From Zootoca vivipara (lineage: Eukaryota), in contig NC_083279.1 in NCBI RefSeq assembly GCF_963506605.1, forward strand, positions 66,526,001 to 66,590,000: DNA of 64,000 nucleotides, in the 5' to 3' direction. The notes under the pieces are model-generated. The model searched no databases. It saw nothing but the letters and a program-made list of their open reading frames with translations, and was not told where the DNA came from. Each line of letters begins with the position of its first letter. Position 1 is the stretch's first letter. Position numbers and translations under genes: made by a program. Shown here in pieces: positions 37,501 through 64,000 of the stretch.

Positions 37501-38306
37501 ACCACCCTTGGTCTAAATGGAAATACGGTATTTCCTGACTTGGTTTGGATCTAATGAACTGCAAGTGTTATTGTGCTTGAGCAACTGGGCTTTATTTCCA
37601 CCTTTCCCATTGCAACTTTGTGGGAGGAATGAGCCAGAATTGGGCAAATTTTTCATGTGCTGGCAGAAATACATATTATGCTGACAATTTGTGAGCACTT
37701 TGTGTGCTTGGCAGGGGGTTGGACTGGATGGCCCTTGTGGTCTCTTCCAACTCTATGATTCTATGAAAAGCCTCGATGGACCCTTCTCAGCAAAGAGGAA
37801 TTAGAAGGGAACAACTTGCAACTGGGAGAAATAAGCATTGCAGTACCTTCTCTGCTGCAGTTTCCCCCTCCTAATACTGCTTTGCAGAGAGGTAGCAAGT
37901 AGTTATTGGGATTACAGGACAGTGATAATGAAATGTGTAGTTATAGCTTCTTCACTGAGCAATATGTCTTCTTATACCATGTCATTCTGCAAATGTTCAG
38001 TTTCAGCAGGGCTATTTTTATATAGATAAAAAGAGGTGCCAGAACACAAACACCTCCCCTGTTCTCTTAGAATGGCAATGGTGCCCACCTGAGAGGTCCC
38101 AAAACTGAGTTCCAGCTGAAAAAAGCCCCGAGTTTCAGTCAGAAGTAATTATTCCAATAGAAGCCATCACATCATCTGTTTAGGTCTGCCAATAAAATAT
38201 TATCTTTCTCCGCTCAGGAATTAGAGTAATAATCAAATGAGTTGCTCTTTTTCTCCCCCCAGAAAATGAAGATGCTGAGGATTATCTTGAAGTCTTACCT
38301 GAGTGA
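31466..38306 (+). CDS. SH2D1B: SH2 domain-containing protein 1B (EAT-2)-like SLAM-family adaptor; complete 4-exon CDS: 31466-31599, 32998-33061, 33559-33733, 38263-38306 (417 nt, 138 aa)
   Basis: Spliced translation [138 protein letters not shown] aligns by eye with human EAT-2 (MDLPYYHG...[12 protein letters not shown]...YTYRIF...EKPNQG...DYVDVLP). All introns are GT-AG with compatible phases (2, 0, 1). Confidence 0.93.
32998..33061 (+). CDS. SH2D1B: SH2D1B-like exon 2 (64 nt)
   Basis: Acceptor aatcag|C; encodes [21 protein letters not shown]; donor CAG|GTAAGA. Confidence 0.92.
33310..33445 (-). mobile_element. CR1 3' tail fragment in SH2D1B intron 2
   Basis: TAGAACTGTAGAGTTGAAAGGGACC...CCAACCCCCTGCAATGCAGG. 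Confidence 0.75.
33559..33733 (+). CDS. SH2D1B: SH2D1B-like exon 3 (175 nt)
   Basis: Acceptor ttttgcag|ACT; [26 protein letters not shown]...; donor CCTG|GTAAGA (an alternative in-phase donor follows 33712). Confidence 0.9.
33793..33993. mobile_element. Tc1/mariner-pogo-type MITE
   Basis: TA|CCGTGTTTCTCTGAAAATAAGAC...AAAACAGGG|TA; related copy at ~61090-61386. Confidence 0.7.
34250..34440 (-). mobile_element. CR1 3' tail fragment in SH2D1B intron 3
   Basis: AATCATAGAGTTGGAAGG...CCAACCTCTGCTTAAAAACCTCC. Confidence 0.78.
35956..36130 (+). mobile_element. Degenerate L1 reverse-transcriptase fragment
   Basis: FLDIEKAFDNVE motif (L1 LDAEKAFDRVE). Confidence 0.55.
36425..36673. mobile_element. 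hAT MITE
   Basis: CAGGCATGTCCAA...TGGCCACCCCTG; TSD CACTAGAG. Confidence 0.87.
37206..37349. mobile_element. Palindromic hAT-type MITE inserted into a CR1 3' end (CR1 continues to ~37474)
   Basis: Near-TSD CTTTAGGC/CTTTAAGC; the CR1 tail resumes AGAGGCTTGAC...ATGATTCTA. Confidence 0.82.
38007..38130. mobile_element. Short hAT MITE
   Basis: CAGGGCTATTTTT...AAAAAAGCCCCG; TSD AGTTTCAG. Confidence 0.75.
38263..38306 (+). CDS. SH2D1B: SH2D1B-like exon 4 (terminal coding exon)
   Basis: Acceptor tctttttctccccccag|AA; [14 protein letters not shown] resembles the EAT-2 C-terminal DYVDVLP. Confidence 0.88.
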
Positions 38307-39111
38307 CTGGCTGAGGGACCATCTCTCATTACTTGCTTCATCTCTCAACACAGACACTAGTCTTGAGTGGGTCACACTCTTGCTAATTGGATAGTCCGTT
38401 CATTTGACTGGATTTTGTTTTGATTTGTGCTCTAGATAGTACTGCCCACATGGTTATATCTTGCTTGCTTGGCTCTTGCTCCAGCAAAAAAACCAACTCT
38501 TCCTTTTGCTTTCTGTATTCATGTTACCTATACCTGCCCACTTAAGCAACCGCTTCATAGACCTGATGAAATGGAAACTATAAAAGCTGCAGTGCTTAAG
38601 GTGTTTCCATTTTAAGAGAAGCAAGTTTAATAGCATCCCCTACATGGACTCAAGTTTGAACTTGCTACATCAATGATGAAGTGGACTGTTGACCAGAAAA
38701 GCTTATTCCGTAACAATTTTTAGTTTTTAATCTTTAGTTGTTTCCTTTATGCAGCTCTTTTTGAATAGTCATGAACATAAGTGTCGGTTGATTTTATTTT
38801 TAAAAAATTTCACTTACTTATTTTGGCAATTTGCAACTACCATCAGTAGCAGTGTGTTGAACAGAGTAATGCTAAATGTATCTACTTGCAATTAAATCCG
38901 ACTGAAATAATTGCAGATTAAGTTTGTTATAACCCATAGAGCTCTGCAAAAGTTACTGCTGACATCCATAACTATATATCAAATACTAAATGATAATTTG
39001 CTTCAACTGTATCAAGTTATCTTGATGAAGTAAGTCACAGCAATCTTATATATTGTTAAGGATCTTCAAATTTTCCAAGACAGTACTGTAAAGTTGTCAC
39101 TGTGCATAGTT

Positions 39112-39244
39112 GCATCCCCAAACTGCGGCCCTCCAGATGTTTTGGCCTACAACTCCCATGATCCCTAGCTAACAGGACCAGTAGTTAGGGAAGATGGGAA
39201 TTGTAGTCCAAAACATCTGGAGGGCCGAAGTTTGGGGGTGCCTG
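39112..39244. mobile_element. Palindromic hAT-type MITE (left end clipped) in the probable SH2D1B 3'UTR
   Basis: Same family as 23969-24105. Confidence 0.8.
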
Positions 39245-39858
39245 GTTCAATTATTTTTAAATCTCTCACTGTAATCTCTAGTCAGGTCAGAGGCTACTCT
39301 AATTTCCAAAGGACTTCAAGCTAAAGACTGGAAATGCCAAAACTAGTCCCCAGAAGTATAACCAGTTTTACAGCAATACACATGTACATTTAGCTGCAAT
39401 TGTTTGCAGGTGGCTATTGTGTAACCTGATCTAAAAGCATAGCACTCTGGGAACTATTTTTGAAAGTCCTCCCCCCCCCCCTTACTTATACTGTATGTAG
39501 TAAAGAAAAAAGTTTGCAGAAGCTAGTGCTTTAAGGGGGCATTTTCATTCTGGAGTAAACATAGTGCAGTTTGCAAGCCAGTCTAATTTAATCACTTAAT
39601 TGACTAGTTTGGGCCTAAGGGAAGTCAGTGCATTTAGAAAAACCCAGTAAATAGGACTTTCCCCTTCTATAGATAGTAAGGCTCTGTCTCTCCTTCAGAA
39701 TAGCTTTAAGTTCCCAGTACCCCTGTACTAGTGAAAAGGAAAGCAGTTTATACGTAGCCAGTCCATACGTAGCCACGATTGTAAATATTACATGAAGATT
39801 TTAACATGCAACCTGTGGTCATATTAAATTCACAATTGTTTTAAGTTGGCAAAACATA

Positions 39859-39864
39859 AATAAA
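39859..39864 (+). terminator. Candidate polyadenylation signal for SH2D1B
   Basis: First AATAAA I could see downstream of the stop codon (~1.55 kb 3'UTR); ATTAAA at 38891 is an alternative. Confidence 0.35.
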
Positions 39865-42479
39865 ATTACTCCATACACCAATTTAAAATACATTAGGACG
39901 CTCACTATCTGAGGCTGCCAGATGTCCAAATCCATTGTTTGCTCGTACATTACAACTATATGGTGCTATGTGATTCACTTGCACACCGCAGCTTTCCTCC
40001 AATTTTTTTAGCTTGTAGGACACCTGTACTACTTTACCTGTATGAGATGGCAAGAAATAAAGCCCTGTTGCACTAATGCACAATGCATGAACACACAGCT
40101 CTTAAGTGCCACCAACTTTGATGTTGTTTTAATACCCGGCAAAGACCGTTATATTTTCCCAGGATTTTTAATAGGACCTGTTTTATCTCTACTTTTACGC
40201 TGCCTTCTTTCCATTGACTGCTTTTATGCTGCTCTCTTTTAAGTTGTGTTGTTCCGATTATTATTATTTTATTTTAAACTTAATTTTACTGGAATTTTAA
40301 TTCTTAAGTCATAACTGTATATCAGGCTTACTTCCAACACATAGTTTTTCACTGCAAAACACCTTGTTCAATTTACTCTTTTGTACACATTACAATGTCA
40401 GAAGTGGGTGGAAAATATGTTAGCACCTAGCTTACACAGGATTTAGCACTTTCATAGTGGTTGTTTGTTTTAGCATGTCAATATCATTTTAAAGTTATCT
40501 TTGCCCACAGGAAATAGCAGTTCTTATCTATTTGGGGTGCCTCTACTTATTTGCTCCAGATAAGTCCTATTATAGTGATACTATCCCAGGCAAGGCTGGT
40601 TAATCTATTGAGCTCAGATGTTGCTGCACTACCCCCCCCCCCAAAAAATTCTGATTGTTGGCCATGCTGGCTAGGACTGATGGGAATTGGAATCCAACAA
40701 TACTGGGAGAGTCATAGGTTTACCATCCCTGATCCAAGGTGATACTTCCTGCTGGAACAGAGTTAAAGTAGCTACGGTATGTAATCACCAAGTCACACAG
40801 CCACCATGTCAGAACAATACATAGTTTCATCTGCACAATAAAATTTCAAAATTAAGAGTTCCTGTAGCCATGGAAGTAACCCCACAGATGTAGGGCATCT
40901 ACACAATTTTAAAGACCATGGGAATGGTATCTGGAAGAAGAGAAGAATGCAGAAACTGAAATAACAAGTAGACATGGAAAGTGGATTAACTGGCCAAGGG
41001 AGAGGAGCCCAAAGCTGTCTCTTTGGGGCTATCGAAAGAGTTAGCCTTAGGCTCTAGCAAACACCAGAGGACCCTTGTAGATTTCCTTTTTATGATTATA
41101 TGAAGATAGTAAGCAACCATAAGAGAAGCAACCTACCTTGCAGAACAGTACTGTCAATCAATGTACCAAATATCAGAAAGGGCAAAATCAGAACAAAGTT
41201 CTGTGCAACAACTTCAGGAATAATTTCGACACATGAAAACTGACCAGGAGAGAGAAGATGGACAGCAAATGTGAGCAGGAAGTTTTACAGTTGCTAGCAG
41301 AACATTTCATTCAAATTCACTCAGATGCAGTTTTTTATTGTAACGTTAGAGGATTTCCAAAAAATGAAACACCCCCCCCGTCATCTCCAGGGAAAATTAA
41401 GAGCTTGCACCGTCCTGAACATCTCTGCATGATGTTTTGGGTTTGTGAGGTACATTTAAGTGTTTCTCTTTATGCCTCTCGTTTTCCACAATTTGTTTAT
41501 ACTTTGCAGCAAAGTTTATACTTTAAGTCCACCTCATCAGTTGTATGCAGCAAGTCACCTGAACCGGTATATGCATGGCGAATTATAATGCACTGTTGTG
41601 TTTACTGCACAAGCACAGATCTGGATTTAGGTTTGATGAGGCCCTAAGGAAGCTACACAACAGAAAACACTGTTGCTGTGTGTAGGTTTTGTTTGTTTTT
41701 TATCTTAAATTTTGGAAATGTACATCCAGTGCTTTTTTTTTCTTTAATTTTTTGGGGGCCTCCCAAGAGAGTACAGGAGAGCCACAGAGCAGCATCCTAT
41801 CTTGATGCAAACACACAAACCAAATTGGCAGGACACACGCACGCACAATAGGAAACGGGCCAGTTCGCCGCTGCTCGTTGCGATGTCTGTACAGCCACGT
41901 TTCTTCCTCGGCTATTATCTTTTATTTCCTATCGGACAGCTGCGCCCACCCCTGACCAGCGCGCATCCGCCACGAGAGCTCCCACGCGAGGAGAAAAGCC
42001 GCACCTCACGAGCAGCCACAGGACAAAAATAGCGCCGCTTGTGACCCTTCCCTCCCAGCATGCACCGGGGCAAGGACTGCTTCGCTCTCTCGCTCGCCCT
42101 GGTTCCCACAGAGCTGCTGCTACCGTACTACGCAGCAGAAGCTTCGCCACAGGGCGCGAAAGAAGCACGTCTTTCACCGCGGACGGATATAACTCTGCCC
42201 CGGCCGCCCACTCCGTCTAGCATCGATTTATAGGCTACGGGGGGTGTCTCGTTCTATTCTTTTCTTGTCCTCATTCCTCTCCCCCTTCGCCCTTTCGACG
42301 AGAGGACTTCAACGGCTTTCCTCTCCAACCTCCCGGCATGCACCGGGGCTTCCGGCTTGCGCCGGGGACTCCTCCTCGCGTCAAAATGGCGGCCAAGGCG
42401 CCAAATACGATTTTCTGACGGCGGGGTTTGAGGCGCTGCGAGGAAAAAGGTCCGCGGCGGCAGCTGGACCGCCAGCGCT

Positions 42480-62599
<20,120 letters not shown>

Positions 62600-64000
62600 G
62601 TAAGTTTGGTTCTTACCTTAAGTTAAAAGGATGCTATGTTTCAATGAAAACCTTCATTTTTAATCAAAACTGCTTCAAGTGGGTTTTTTTTAACATACTT
62701 GGAAATATTCTGAAGTGTATTGTGATTTGTTTGCAGTTTTTCAAAGGTTTTGTGTGCTGCCTTTCCATGCACAGAACAATCATGAAGATGATAATCAAGC
62801 AGGTTCATATAGTTGCGTAGTAAAAGTGAAACTATTGTTTATGGCTTTTGTGGGTTTGGGGTTTTTTTTTTAATTAAGCTTAATCTCTAGTGTAATTCTT
62901 TGCAGATCATTCTGAATCTGTGTCAAATGCACAACTTGAAGTTGTTTGACACTTCTGACCAAGACTTTCAACTTCACACTTCATCCATTTCCCACATTCA
63001 CAAAAGCTTTCAAAACTGTGGAAGGGCAAGAATGTTTCATTTTCCTTCTGACTATATTTATATACGAATAGATAAAAATTAATACAGTTCTTCCAACAAA
63101 CTCAACAATGCAAGATAGTCCAGTTGTCTTTAGAACTGCATAAAATAAAATGATTTAGCTTCTGAGTACTGCGAACCGAAGGAAACTTGCAAACTGGGAC
63201 ATTCCTGTCCGCTCCTCGTCTGCTCCTCGTCTTTCTGGGGGCCCCTCCTGAACAGCGTGGAATGGAGTACTGAGGGGGGGGAGGGAGATGGTTGAGCATG
63301 GTTCACCATGGAAAGCTAGCATACAAACAAAACTGTTGATGATGGTTTGGGTCTACAGCATTAGAGATACAATTATGCTGGAAATCAGAATAGTGCATTA
63401 CAGGCACACACACACCCCACTTGTGTGCTACCATATACGCTTGGCACTGGGAAAAAGTTAAAGAATTAAATTCAAACCCAGAAATGGCTGGAGACAGTTG
63501 GAAAGTCCTTGTGGCTCGCAAGGAGACCCTCCTGTGAGCGTGGAGAAGAGACTGGAGGCATAGCTGTTGCATGCAGTATAGCGCAGCAGCTTTCTCACAC
63601 GTCTTCCAGCCAGTCCCAGAGCTTCAATTCCAGTTGTGGATATTTTTTGGAGAGAAAGCAGCCGAGAGGGCATTTAGAGGGTACTTCCCCTCTATGTGAT
63701 TTTCACTTATGCACATGGGTCACTCGAATGTAAACCCACTTTGGGAATTTTGTGTAATAGTTTCGTAAATAGGATGCAATGGCTGAAAATCAGGTATACC
63801 TTCACCTCTCCATTCTAAGGCAGCAAATTCACATTGTTTCATCTCTGTATCTGATAAATTATATATATTTCCTGGCTCCTATCCAAACAAACGAGAATTG
63901 AAACCATGTGTTCATATAGGTATCTCAGAATTAGACTCATTTAACATTTTCTTAAATGGTTTTTGGGTGGGAAATGCCAGTTGACATTCATGGTGGTGAT

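Noticed and set aside
38672-38730. Further hammerhead-like Penelope tail remnant (ATGATGAAGTGGAC...GAAAAGCTTAT)
   Set aside because: The core is mutated (no CUGANGA) and the stems are broken

Overview
Vertebrate (eukaryotic) genomic DNA from a squamate reptile, most likely a lacertid lizard. This is inferred from Sauria/Squam1 SINEs, CR1, RTE, L1, L2, Penelope-like elements and hAT/Tc1 MITEs. Two spliced protein-coding genes lie on the + strand. (1) A complete 4-exon SH2D1B/EAT-2-like SLAM adaptor (CDS 31466-38306, 138 aa). (2) The first 18 coding exons of CIP2A/KIAA1524 (42480-62599, running off the window end), with a CpG-island promoter and an AT-AC minor-spliceosome intron (54074-54861). 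The first ~31 kb has no recognisable gene and is a nested mosaic of transposons. Most interesting observations: three hammerhead-ribozyme motifs linked to Penelope-like elements; a 2.6-kb TSD-flanked composite hAT element containing a 3x ~520-bp tandem duplication; a perfect 29-bp hairpin; a non-autonomous Helitron; an EAT-2 protein that keeps the arginine equivalent to SAP's Fyn-binding Arg78; and no DZIP3 at the CIP2A promoter, where a candidate divergent 3-exon 63-aa ORF sits instead. Most ORFs in the supplied track are spurious or repeat-derived. All homology calls were made by eye against recalled sequences; no searches were run.
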